Source: Dehalococcoidia bacterium (GTDB lineage Bacteria > Chloroflexota > Dehalococcoidia > UBA6926). Taken from it: a DNA stretch of 64,000 nt. The position numbers and the translations under genes are program-made. The DNA lies in assembly GCA_963666115.2 (NCBI GenBank), contig CAXXET010000004.1, positions 384,001 to 448,000 on the forward strand. The letters run 5' to 3'. This document shows, piece by piece, positions 19,001-27,407 of this stretch (position 1 is the stretch's first letter; each line of letters begins with the position of its first letter). Below the pieces are notes generated by a model. That model was not told the origin of the DNA. It saw only the letters and a list, made by a program, of their open reading frames with translations, and ran no database searches.

Positions 19001-19696
19001 TTATCGGCGGCGGAGCTTGGCGCGGGGTTCCGGCTGGCGATGAAGGACCTGGAGATACGCGGCGCGGGCAACATCCTGGGCGCGGAGCAGAGCGGCAACG
19101 TGGCGGCGGTCGGATTCGACCTGTACACGCGGCTGCTCTCGGAGGCTATTGAGGAGGTACGCAAGGGCAAGCCGGCGCACGTGCCGGACGAGCCGGGGCT
19201 GACGGGAGGGAGAACGCTGCTGGCGGCGGGGGCGGCGCGCGCGCCCGTCGATCTGCCCGCCGACGCTCGCATCCCAACGGGCTACGTGGAGGACACGGGA
19301 ACGCGGCTGGCGGTGTACGAACGGCTGGCGAATCTTGTTGATCCGTCGGAAGTGGAGACGATTCGCGCAGAGTTGCGGGATCGGTTTGGGCCGCTACCGC
19401 AGCAGGTGGACGATCTGCTGCTGGCTGTGGACATTCGCGCGCAGACAGGGCAGCTCCGGGGGATGGCGCGGGCAATCGCGACGGAGGGGGCGGAAATCGT
19501 CGTGCGGCTCAGGGACGTCTATTGGCTTGATCGGGAGGCGATACGGCGGGCGCTGCCGAACGCGAACGTGGGACATCTACAGATACGAATTCCGGCGGGC
19601 GCGGGGGCAGGATGGCGTGAACAACTACGCCAACTGATGGAGGAGTTCCAGCAGATGAGTAGAACAGTGGCGACAAGAGACACGGCAATGGCTTAG
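16100..19696 (+). CDS. mfd: Transcription-repair coupling factor
   Basis: UvrB-homology region, RID (VHVEHGIARF), GDVGYGKT, DEEQRFGV, QLRGRVGRS, TRCF C-terminus. Confidence 0.97.
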   Translation: MSLAGLGEGLRRRYAYRRLVEALRAGQAEPILLDPLEGAAPFIVASLWRDLGRPVLWLHAGAEDARRAFEQVSVYVPSSAANAVIPYPEPDALPYEQLANDATTTRERLRALSALADFSGEAQEARLQEIVARPAPFIIASAYAAAAITLPPEDFQRATFTLSVGESVSIDGILSDAVELGYEPVAAIETPGTVSRRGGIVDIWPPQDDNPVRIELFGDIIDSIRWFDAATQRSTTEVEEVVVTPALELIPPAVRGAPAVDLDGLGDDEAVAFRDELGRFAEGAAVPGVGFYAPYFHRSILTDHLPDETVVIVDRPISVRARLDEVIRRGLEIRDGQVERGKLPRGFPSPVATSERLELSLADVPRRLHLQPFSQPSPESSEAGAQSFGSLGFSPPETYGGRIDRLSEDAARERSRGNAVVIASLQAQRLAELLRENGHELSLRKDMDAVPTPGSLVLVQTALAEGWELSGGESGAGGSILTLSDTEVFGFIKRARPLRRRVARRDAFLSDFVEGDYIVHVEHGIARFKGTVERTVDGAEREYLVLGYAGGDTLYVPTDQVDRVARYTGTGNNPSLTRLGGNEWANTKRRVKEDALRFAEELLRLYAEREVSSRAPFGGETAWQWELESSFPYQETEDQLQAINDVKSDMEAESPMDRLICGDVGYGKTEVAVRAAFKAVAAGSQVAVLVPTTVLAQQHYRTFMERLETFPLRVDMLSRLRTDAEQKETVASLARGEIDVVIGTHRLLSRDVGFRNLGLVIIDEEQRFGVRHKEHLRKMRATVDVLTMTATPIPRTLHMALFGIRDMSRIDTAPEERIPVTTFVAEQEDRTIREAILRETDRGGQIFFVHNRIQDIHQTLERLQELVPEASFGVAHGRMPPDSLEHVMDSFASQEFDVLVCTTIIQAGLDMPNANTLIVDDADRLGLTQLYQLRGRVGRSSIRAYAYFLFRRDRVLTPTAERRLRAILSAAELGAGFRLAMKDLEIRGAGNILGAEQSGNVAAVGFDLYTRLLSEAIEEVRKGKPAHVPDEPGLTGGRTLLAAGAARAPVDLPADARIPTGYVEDTGTRLAVYERLANLVDPSEVETIRAELRDRFGPLPQQVDDLLLAVDIRAQTGQLRGMARAIATEGAEIVVRLRDVYWLDREAIRRALPNANVGHLQIRIPAGAGAGWREQLRQLMEEFQQMSRTVATRDTAMA

Positions 19697-19782
19697 AAGC
19701 TAAGGACAGCGGTCATGGGTTTGGGGTACGCTTCTGACATTGTTGCTTACACTACTCTTGGCACAGTTTAGGAGGAGCGAAC

Positions 19783-20394
19783 GTGCGCCGGCGCAAAACG
19801 ACCTTAGGGCGAGGAGCATTCGGCCACTACGTGCCGCAAGACCAGCATCATCGCCAGACTCTCGGCCGGATTCTTCACAGAGGGGCGCCGCTTACGGAGG
19901 ACGCAGTGTTCCTGGCCCTAGCACTCATTCTCAAAGAGCGGAACGGCAGTCGCGTATTTCAAAAGGTTCGCGCAAGCAAGAGCCTCCCCGATGGCAGTTC
20001 CTTCTATTTCTCACCTGATATCGACCTGCTGGAAGTGCGGCCAAGCGGAACGGTTGTCGGCTACGAATTGAAGGGGTATCGCCGCTCCAAGACAATGCAA
20101 CCACCAACCTACTACGAGGGACTGGATCAAGCGATGACCATCCTTATGAATCCTGCGAGTTCTCCGTATTCGAGGTTCTTCGCAGGCAGTGTCTTCGACC
20201 ACAGCTATCTCGTTCATCCCGAAGGCTCAGGCATCAGCAAAATCGACGATTTAGTCCGTCTCTGTACGCCAGTCGGGCTGATCGTCGTGGACCACACAGG
20301 AACCAAAGAAATCGTCAAGCCGAAGATGAATCCCTTTCTGGACGAAGGGCTGAAGAAACTGTTTCTAGAGAACCTCGACTCGCTGAGCACCTAA
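19783..20394 (+). CDS. Hypothetical protein with a PD-(D/E)XK-like nuclease motif
   Basis: RBS AGGAGG; SPDIDLLEV...GYELKG...GLDQA; visibly lower GC than its neighbours. Confidence 0.65.
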   Translation: MRRRKTTLGRGAFGHYVPQDQHHRQTLGRILHRGAPLTEDAVFLALALILKERNGSRVFQKVRASKSLPDGSSFYFSPDIDLLEVRPSGTVVGYELKGYRRSKTMQPPTYYEGLDQAMTILMNPASSPYSRFFAGSVFDHSYLVHPEGSGISKIDDLVRLCTPVGLIVVDHTGTKEIVKPKMNPFLDEGLKKLFLENLDSLST

Positions 20395-20480
20395 GAGAAC
20401 AACTGGAAAGTCAACCCAGTTCAGTAGACTGCGCGCAAACCGCGCACCGCTCGCAGTCGTCGCGAGAAAGTCGTAGCGGG

Positions 20481-20879
20481 TTAGCGGGGGCGGTTGCGGC
20501 GGTTGCGGATACGGTCCCAGAGGGAGGGGCCTGGGGGGCGTTCATAGAGGGTCTGGCCGCGCCATCGCTTTTCATAGCCGCCGGGGAGGTTGGCCGGCGA
20601 GCCGTTCCTGAAGTAGCTGAGGTAGGCCGCGCCGAGCAGGATGAGGCCGCCGAGGGCGCACGCGGCGCCAATCGAGCCTGAGACGCCCCATAGGAGCGCG
20701 CCGACGATGAGAAGGACGAGGCCGAGAACGGCGGCGTACTTGACACCGCCCATGAAGGAACGGCGCTGGCCCTCCGCAGGGCGGCGTCGCGGGGCGCGGC
20801 GGGCACGGCGGGGCGGAGGCGGCAGGCTGCCCGCCTTCTCCACGATGTCCTCAATCTCACGCTCGAAACGATCACTCAT
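20481..20879 (-). CDS. Hypothetical two-TM membrane protein
   Basis: MSDRFEREIEDI start, two hydrophobic helices, YEKRWRG motif. Confidence 0.7.
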   Translation of the reverse strand: MSDRFEREIEDIVEKAGSLPPPPRRARRAPRRRPAEGQRRSFMGGVKYAAVLGLVLLIVGALLWGVSGSIGAACALGGLILLGAAYLSYFRNGSPANLPGGYEKRWRGQTLYERPPGPSLWDRIRNRRNRPR

Positions 20880-20885
20880 GTTGGC

Positions 20886-20893
20886 AGTATACT
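20886..20893. promoter_or_regulatory. Bidirectional -10 element (AGTATACT) for two divergent leaderless genes
   Basis: The palindrome gives TATACT on both strands, each 6 nt before an ATG (20900 on +, 20879 on -). Confidence 0.6.
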
Positions 20894-20899
20894 CTGACG

Positions 20900-21493
20900 A
20901 TGACCGATTCACAGCACCTGCCGTCGCTTGCGCCGGACAGCGTCCGCGCCGCGCTTGGCTCCTACGAGCCTGAGCTCATCAATGATGAGTCGTTGATGCC
21001 GTCCGCCGTTTTGTTGCCGATCATCGAGGGGCCAGCGGGGCCGAGCATCCTGTTCACCGTGCGGACATCGCGGGTGGAGCACCACAAGGGGGAGGTTTCG
21101 TTCCCGGGCGGGGCGCGTGACCCGGAGGACGAGACTATCGAACGGACGGCCATCCGCGAGACACATGAGGAAGTCGGGATCGAGCCGGACAAGGTCGAGG
21201 TTCTCGGCAGGCTGAATGACCACACGACGCGGACGGGCTACCACATCACGCCGTTCGTGGGAATTGTACGGCCGGGGGCGGACTACGAGCATGACCGGTT
21301 TGAGGTGAACGAGGTCTTTGAGGTTCCGTTCGCGGATTTGTGGGGGACTTACCTGGAGGGGCGGCAGCCGTTCAGGTACGGGGAGCGAACCATCATGGCG
21401 TATGAGTTTCACCATGAGGGGTATCGCATCTGGGGGGCGACGGCGGGGATTTTGGCGGAGTTCTTCGATGTTTTGCGGGCGGGGTTCGCATGA
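20900..21493 (+). CDS. CoA pyrophosphatase (Nudix, NudL/Pcd1-like)
   Basis: SAVL, HKGEVSFPGG, AIRETHEEVG, IWGATA. Confidence 0.9.
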   Translation: MTDSQHLPSLAPDSVRAALGSYEPELINDESLMPSAVLLPIIEGPAGPSILFTVRTSRVEHHKGEVSFPGGARDPEDETIERTAIRETHEEVGIEPDKVEVLGRLNDHTTRTGYHITPFVGIVRPGADYEHDRFEVNEVFEVPFADLWGTYLEGRQPFRYGERTIMAYEFHHEGYRIWGATAGILAEFFDVLRAGFA

Positions 21494-21668
21494 TAGTTCC
21501 ATGATTCCTGGTTAGGGGTTTGCAGGCTTTTGTCTGCTGTATGGCGCATTGCAGGCGCATTGATAGCGGCTTGTGGAAACCCGTATACTCGTGACAAACA
21601 CATTACGCCAATGGCGCCCTTTCAGGGTTTGGACACGCGCGTGATGAACCAGGAGCCTGCAAGCGTCT

Positions 21669-24600
21669 ATGGAGAAACGACTTACTCAGTCCAGACACTT
21701 CGTCTTCGCCCTGGCGGCCGTGCTGATCGCATTCCTGGGCATCCAGGCCCTCGCCGCGGCGCCCACTCCCGCGCACGGCCAGAGCGGCATCGCTCTAAGC
21801 GTTAGCAACATCAGCGCAGCGTCCCCAACGACCGCAACACTAACGAGCACGGCGAGCAGTTGGTCATACAGCCGCACCGCGCCGGACACGACGGACTGCA
21901 CGGCGGTCACCGGAACCACCGCAAACCTCACCGGCCTTGCGCCGGCAACGTCCTATACATACGGCGCATGGTCGACCAGCGACTGCACGGGATCCAACAC
22001 GGCCACCAAATCCTTTGCGACCGCCCCAACCTCGCCGGGCGCGTTATCCGCGACGCCCTATCACCAGAGCATCGGCATCTCGTGGATCCACGGGTCCAGG
22101 GTTGAGAACAGTCCCAACGGCAGCGCGATCAAGTATTGGCAATACAAGAAAGGCGCCGTCGCCAATAATCAGACCACCTGGGACGCCGACTGGACCAATC
22201 TCTGCGAGACGGATTCCACTACCGACCTCAATCTCCCTGTGGTGGATCAATGCCCCAACAGGAACAGCGGTACCGTGGCCAGCCTCACGAACGGCACGTC
22301 TTACCAGGTTCGAGTGCGCGCCTGCAACAACAACACCGACAGCAACATCAACAGCGGCAACCCGGTGTGCGGCCTGCCATCGCAGAATTCGAACGCCGTC
22401 ACGCCGGTCCCTGTTCCCCTGAAGCCGGATGATCCAACAGCGGCTGCCGGAGACGGACAGGCCACGCTGGGCTGGGCCGCGATTGCCGACAACGGGAGTT
22501 CGGTCACTTCCCTGCACTACATCAAGAAGGCCGGGACGGGCCAATTTGAGACCACGTGGATGACTATCTGCGTGACGGCGCCGACAACTGATCCCAACTA
22601 CGATGCCAATTGCGCCACCTTGAGGAGTTATGCGGTGACCGGCCTGACCAACGGCACGGCCTACCGGTTCAAGGTTCGCGCGGCAAACTCACACGGCAAC
22701 AGCCCGCCATCAATCCCGACAAACGAGGTGACGCCGGCGACGACCCCACCGGCGCCGAGCGCGACGGCGGATGCCCGCAACGCGAGCGTCAATCTCTCCT
22801 GGACGCCCGGCGTCGACCCCAACGGCGGCGGCGGGGACGGGGGCGACCCGATCACCAAGTGGCAATATGAGCAAAAGACCGGCAGCACGTGGAGCGGCAC
22901 GTGGACCGACATCTGCGTGACGTCGAGCGACAGCACGTGCCCCGCCAAGACGAGCTACACCGTCAGCAGCCTCACGAACGGCACGGCCTACCAGTTCAAG
23001 GTGCGCGCCGTGAACACCCTCGGCAACGGCGCGGAATCAGCGGAGACAACCGCAGTTACGCCGGCCACGGTTCCCGCCACGCCGACGAACCTGGCGGGGG
23101 CGGGCTACGACAGGAGCGCCAGGCTGTCGTGGGCGATAACCGGCACAAACATCACCAAATTGCAATACATCAAGAAGGCGGGAGCGGCTGCTTTCGAGAC
23201 GATGTGGACGGACATCCCGGGCAGCGGGGCGAGCACGATACTGCATACCGTGACCGGCCTGACGAACGGCACGGCGTATGAGTTCAAGGTTCGCGCGGTG
23301 AACGGCGACGTCAAGGGCGACGCCTCGGCCTCGTCGGGCGCCGTGACGCCTGCGGGAGCGCCATTCGCGCCGACCGCGGCGGCGAAGGCCGGCGTCATGA
23401 GCGCCATGCTGTCCTGGGGCGCCGTCAACGATAACGGCAGCGCGATCATAAAGTGGCAGTACATCAAGAAGGCGGGAACGGGCGCTTTCGAGGACACGTG
23501 GATCGACATCTGTGTAACGACGCCGACAACTGATCCCAACTACGATGCCAACTGCGCCGCCAGGACGAGTTATACCGTCACCGGCCTGACGAACGGCACG
23601 GCGTACCGGTTCAAGGTTCGCGCCGTGAATACTGCCCTCGACAACAACGGTGTCGGCGCGGAATCAGGGGCGACGACCGCCGTGACGCCGAATTCGAAGC
23701 CCGCGACGCCAACGAACCTGGCAGGGACAGGCGACGACAAGAGCGCCGCCCTGTCCTGGAGCATGACCGGCACGAACATCACCACGTGGCAGTACGTCAA
23801 GAAGACGGGAACGGGCGATTTCGAGACCACGTGGGCGGACATTCCGGGCAGCGGGGCGGACACGCGCTCATATACCGTGACCGGCCTCACGAATGAGACG
23901 ACATATGAGTTCAAGATTCGCGCGGTGAACGGGGAGATCGAAGGCGATGCCTCGGCTTCGTCCGGCCCCGTGACGCCCCGCGTTCCTTTTACCAGCAATG
24001 ATTCATGGAACCCAACGGCGCGGCGCGTGAATGCCGGAGGAGCGGCGCTCTTCATCGACCTCAACGACGGGTTCGACTCAGCGGGATTGGCGATGACGTG
24101 CCGGGCAACATCGGCGCGCCCGGCGGTGGCCACCGTGACCGTGCATGGGACGATGCTGCGAATCAGGCCGGTGGGGTCGGGAACCACGATGATCGAGGTG
24201 ACGTGCCAAGTGACGGTCGTCGGGAAGACGTACAGCGTGACGCATCCCACTCCGATGAGCGTGCGCGTAAACGAGGCGTACGTGCCGCCAACGCCAACGG
24301 CGGCGCCAATGCCGACGGCGACGCCGAGACCCACGGCCACGCCAACACCCAGGCCGACGGCCACGCCTCCGCCGCCGGTGCCGACGAACACGCCTACTCC
24401 AACGCCCGAGCCGACGGCGACACCCGAGCCGACAGCAACGCCGACGCCCACGAACACGCCCCTTCCGGCAACGCCAACCGCGACGGCTGAGCCGGACGGG
24501 GGCATCGGTGGTGGAGACATCCTCATTATCCTGATCGGCCTTCTGGCGCTCCTGGCAGCCGGGGCCTATCTGCTTTGGGTACGGCAAGGAGAGCGCGGCC

Positions 24601-24737
24601 CGTCCGGCAGTCCGCCGAGCGGCCCGCCGGCTACGGGACCGGGTCTTGACGTCAACGACAACCCAACATCATCAGGCATGACGGACGGGGACGACATGGA
24701 TGACGGTGACGGCGGGGAGGATGAACAGCGGGGATAG
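21669..24737 (+). CDS. Large surface protein with tandem fibronectin type III domains, Pro/Thr linker, TM anchor and acidic tail
   Basis: Signal peptide; repeated LSW...YTVTGLTNGTAYxFKVRAVN units; PTATP repeats; ILIILIGLLALLAAGAYLLW helix. Confidence 0.9.
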   Translation: MEKRLTQSRHFVFALAAVLIAFLGIQALAAAPTPAHGQSGIALSVSNISAASPTTATLTSTASSWSYSRTAPDTTDCTAVTGTTANLTGLAPATSYTYGAWSTSDCTGSNTATKSFATAPTSPGALSATPYHQSIGISWIHGSRVENSPNGSAIKYWQYKKGAVANNQTTWDADWTNLCETDSTTDLNLPVVDQCPNRNSGTVASLTNGTSYQVRVRACNNNTDSNINSGNPVCGLPSQNSNAVTPVPVPLKPDDPTAAAGDGQATLGWAAIADNGSSVTSLHYIKKAGTGQFETTWMTICVTAPTTDPNYDANCATLRSYAVTGLTNGTAYRFKVRAANSHGNSPPSIPTNEVTPATTPPAPSATADARNASVNLSWTPGVDPNGGGGDGGDPITKWQYEQKTGSTWSGTWTDICVTSSDSTCPAKTSYTVSSLTNGTAYQFKVRAVNTLGNGAESAETTAVTPATVPATPTNLAGAGYDRSARLSWAITGTNITKLQYIKKAGAAAFETMWTDIPGSGASTILHTVTGLTNGTAYEFKVRAVNGDVKGDASASSGAVTPAGAPFAPTAAAKAGVMSAMLSWGAVNDNGSAIIKWQYIKKAGTGAFEDTWIDICVTTPTTDPNYDANCAARTSYTVTGLTNGTAYRFKVRAVNTALDNNGVGAESGATTAVTPNSKPATPTNLAGTGDDKSAALSWSMTGTNITTWQYVKKTGTGDFETTWADIPGSGADTRSYTVTGLTNETTYEFKIRAVNGEIEGDASASSGPVTPRVPFTSNDSWNPTARRVNAGGAALFIDLNDGFDSAGLAMTCRATSARPAVATVTVHGTMLRIRPVGSGTTMIEVTCQVTVVGKTYSVTHPTPMSVRVNEAYVPPTPTAAPMPTATPRPTATPTPRPTATPPPPVPTNTPTPTPEPTATPEPTATPTPTNTPLPATPTATAEPDGGIGGGDILIILIGLLALLAAGAYLLWVRQGERGPSGSPPSGPPATGPGLDVNDNPTSSGMTDGDDMDDGDGGEDEQRG

Positions 24738-24746
24738 TCAAACTTC

Positions 24747-24774
24747 TTGACAGCCATGCATAAAGGCTTATAAT
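24747..24774 (+). promoter_or_regulatory. Sigma70-type promoter of the Hsp20 gene
   Basis: TTGACA-16 nt-TATAAT, followed by RBS AAGGAGG. Confidence 0.7.
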
Positions 24775-24810
24775 AGTGTTATCAAGTTACTAACAAGGAG
24801 GTTAGGAACA

Positions 24811-25197
24811 ATGACGATGACACGTTGGAATCCCTGGTTGGCGCCCGCGTGGCGGCGGAACAGCGGCAATCTCCGCATCGACGTGGAGGACAAGCCGGAT
24901 CACTACAGCCTGACGGCGTCTCTGCCCGGTTTCGAGGCGGACGACGTGGACATCTCGATCACGGGCCGCGTGGTGACGGTGTCGGCGGAGTCCAAGTCGG
25001 AGTCGGAGGACACGGCGGAGGGCGCGTACGTGCTGCGGGAGCGGTACAGCGGCTCGCTGATCCGCCGGCTCATCCTACCCGGGTCGGTGGACGCGGCGAA
25101 CGCCACGTCCGAGTTCACGAACGGGGTGCTGAGGATCAGGCTGCCGAAGGCGTCGGGTTCGGAGACGCACAAGGTGGCTGTTGGGGCCGGGAGCTAG
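24811..25197 (+). CDS. Small heat-shock protein (Hsp20/alpha-crystallin)
   Basis: LPGFEADDVDI, RERYSG, FTNGVLRIRLPK. Confidence 0.92.
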   Translation: MTMTRWNPWLAPAWRRNSGNLRIDVEDKPDHYSLTASLPGFEADDVDISITGRVVTVSAESKSESEDTAEGAYVLRERYSGSLIRRLILPGSVDAANATSEFTNGVLRIRLPKASGSETHKVAVGAGS

Positions 25198-25220
25198 AGG
25201 GTTACCGTGCCTCCCCAACC

Positions 25221-25248
25221 AGGGGCTCCGCCAAAGGGCGGAGCCCCT
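25221..25248. terminator. Hairpin terminator between the convergent Hsp20 gene and hicB
   Basis: AGGGGCTCCGCC-aaag-GGCGGAGCCCCT followed by a T-rich tract. Confidence 0.7.
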
Positions 25249-25251
25249 CTT

Positions 25252-25680
25252 CTATTTTTGGGTAACGGACGATGGCTGGGCGGTTACCTCCAGCCGGATT
25301 CCGATTGCCGAGAGGGCGGCGTCCATCTGATCAAGTCTCGACTTGTGGCGAATGTCCAGGACCCTGTCCACCTGCGGCAGATGCCAGCCGAGGCGCCTTG
25401 CCAGTTCGGCTTTGCCGACGCCCGTGTCTCTCATTCCCTTGTACAACATCACCTTGACAGACGTCAGGGTCGGGACGACGGCATAATAGTCACCCCGGGA
25501 AGGGGCCGGGATGTCCTTTCGGTCGTGAATGCGCGCGGCAATCGCCTCATCGATCGCGTCCACCACGCGCCTCAAGGACTCATCCCGGTTTTCGCCGAAG
25601 GTTGTAACCTCCGGGAGATCGGGACAGGTCACAAAGAGGGTGTCATCGTCATCCTCAAGCACAATTGGGTATGCCAGCAT
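25252..25680 (-). CDS. hicB: HicB-family antitoxin
   Basis: YPIVLEDDD.TLFVTCPDLPEVTTFG...IPAPS plus C-terminal HTH (KAELARRLGW). Confidence 0.85.
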   Translation of the reverse strand: MLAYPIVLEDDDDTLFVTCPDLPEVTTFGENRDESLRRVVDAIDEAIAARIHDRKDIPAPSRGDYYAVVPTLTSVKVMLYKGMRDTGVGKAELARRLGWHLPQVDRVLDIRHKSRLDQMDAALSAIGIRLEVTAQPSSVTQK

Positions 25681-25868
25681 TAGTCCAACCCCAGATCCTT
25701 CTTTATCTTCTCAACAAGCTTCTTGCCGAGTTCCTTTCGACCGCCGTGCATTGGAAGCTGGCTGGTTCTCTCACCGCGGCGAATGGTGAGATGCCCGCTT
25801 CCGCCCTTGTGCGACTCAAAGGTGCAACCCTGCCTCCTCAGCCATCGGCGGAGTTCATTGGCGTTCAT
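25680..25868 (-). CDS. hicA: HicA-family mRNA interferase toxin
   Basis: 62 aa basic protein with G.GH motif, LPMHG, IKKDLGL; stop overlaps the hicB start. Confidence 0.88.
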   Translation of the reverse strand: MNANELRRWLRRQGCTFESHKGGSGHLTIRRGERTSQLPMHGGRKELGKKLVEKIKKDLGLD

Positions 25869-25876
25869 GCGTGGCC

Positions 25877-25920
25877 ATTATGCGTACACATCGGGGGAAA
25901 GTCAACAGAAATGTTGACTT
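25877..25920 (-). promoter_or_regulatory. hicAB promoter with palindromic operator
   Basis: TTGACT-17-CATAAT on the minus strand; inverted repeat AAGTCAACA-gaaa-TGTTGACTT (25899-25920) overlaps the -35. Confidence 0.65.
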
Positions 25921-25925
25921 AGGGG

Positions 25926-26582
25926 CTATTCGTCATCTGAGATTAGGACGGCGCGGGCGGGGGCGCCGTCCAGGTTGGGGGTTTTGAGGGGGAGGAAGGC
26001 GAGGGTGTATTCGCGGCCTGCCTCGACGTTGGTGAGGTCTAGGCCCTCCATGATGACGCCGTTCGCGTTTAGGATGGCGAGAGTGGCAAGGGGGGCGTCG
26101 CCGCCGAATCGCTCTATCGAGAGGTAGTCGATGCCGATTGAGCGAATGCCTTTTTCGACGAGCCACTCTGCGGCCTCCGGGGTCAGGAACACGAAACGGG
26201 TCTGGAAGTAGTTCCTGCTGATCCAGAGGGCTGAGTTGCGTGTTTTGAGGAGAAGTCGTTCGACGGGGGTTTCCGGCAGCGCCTCTTCAAGGTGTTCGAC
26301 GGTGATGCCCGTGCCCATGGTCAGGCCGGTGAGGTCTGCGACCCACGCGGGGCCGACAAGCATTTCAAGGGGCAGGGTTTCGGTTTCCGCGCCACCCTGG
26401 ATGTAGCGCGCGGGGACGGTGACATGGGTGCCGTTGTGCGAGCCGATTTCGATGCGGGACAGCCTCATGCCGTCCTTGTGGATAGTTTTCTCCGTGCTGG
26501 CGAAATACGGGGCATCGCCGGGGTAGACGTGCGTGCCCTCGTTGAGGGGCAGCAGGGGAACGGAGATGTCGATGACACGCAC
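25926..26582 (-). CDS. Cyclase family protein (kynurenine formamidase-like)
   Basis: IDISVPL, YPGD, HNGTHV, LLLKT, GIDYLS, DGAPARAV; GTG start at 26582. Confidence 0.85.
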   Translation of the reverse strand: MRVIDISVPLLPLNEGTHVYPGDAPYFASTEKTIHKDGMRLSRIEIGSHNGTHVTVPARYIQGGAETETLPLEMLVGPAWVADLTGLTMGTGITVEHLEEALPETPVERLLLKTRNSALWISRNYFQTRFVFLTPEAAEWLVEKGIRSIGIDYLSIERFGGDAPLATLAILNANGVIMEGLDLTNVEAGREYTLAFLPLKTPNLDGAPARAVLISDDE

Positions 26583-26617
26583 TTGTCTATCCGGGAATTG
26601 CTGCCAGCGCTCCGGCG

Positions 26618-27403
26618 TCAGCCTGTCAGGGCAAGGCCGCCATCGACGGCGATAAGCTGTCCGGTGATGTAGGCGGCGCGGTCCGTGCAGAGGAAGGCGG
26701 CAATCTCGGCGATCTCCCATGCGTGGCCGCGCCGTCCCAGCGGGATGTGATCGGTCAACTGCTGCTTGAGTTCTTCCGGCAGGTTTTCGGTCACGTCGGT
26801 GGAGATGTATCCGGGCGCGACGATGTTGGCGGTGACGTTTCTCGCGGCCAGCTCTTTGGCGACGCTGTAGGTGAAGCCGGTGAGGCCGGACTTGGCGGCG
26901 GCGTAGTTGGATTGGCCGGGGTTGCCGGCAAGCGCGACGACGGAGGAGATATTGATGATGCGCCCCCAGCGCTCGCGCATCATGGAACGGATGACGGCGC
27001 GGGTGCAGAGGAAGGGGCCGCGCAGATCAGTGCCAATGACGGTGTCCCAATCATCGTCCGTCATGCGGAGGAGGAGTTTGTCGCGGATGATGCCGGAGTT
27101 ATTGACGAGGATATCGACCTTGCCGAATTTCTCGACGGCGCCGTTGACCATCGCCTCCACCTGGTCGGTCTGGGACACGTCGGCCTGGAATGAGGCGCTC
27201 TCCACGCCAAGCTCCTTGATCTCCTCGACGACTCCCTGCGCAAGGCCGCCGCTCGCGTTGTAGTTGACGGCGATGTTGGCGCCCATGGAGGCGAGCTTGA
27301 GGGCGATGGCCTTGCCGATGCCACGGCCGGAGCCGGTGACGAGGGCGACGTGGCCCGCGAGTTCCCTGGATTCCTGGGTTGCGGATTCGGCCTGGGTCTG
27401 CAT
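26618..27403 (-). CDS. fabG: 3-oxoacyl-ACP reductase
   Basis: TGSGRGIG, NNSGI.RD, NYAAAK, YITGQ..VDGG. Confidence 0.93.
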   Translation of the reverse strand: MQTQAESATQESRELAGHVALVTGSGRGIGKAIALKLASMGANIAVNYNASGGLAQGVVEEIKELGVESASFQADVSQTDQVEAMVNGAVEKFGKVDILVNNSGIIRDKLLLRMTDDDWDTVIGTDLRGPFLCTRAVIRSMMRERWGRIINISSVVALAGNPGQSNYAAAKSGLTGFTYSVAKELAARNVTANIVAPGYISTDVTENLPEELKQQLTDHIPLGRRGHAWEIAEIAAFLCTDRAAYITGQLIAVDGGLALTG

Positions 27404-27407
27404 GTGC

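Noticed and set aside
24280-24495. Short tandem DNA repeats as a non-coding repeat array
   Set aside because: They encode the Pro/Thr-rich linker of the FN3 surface protein.
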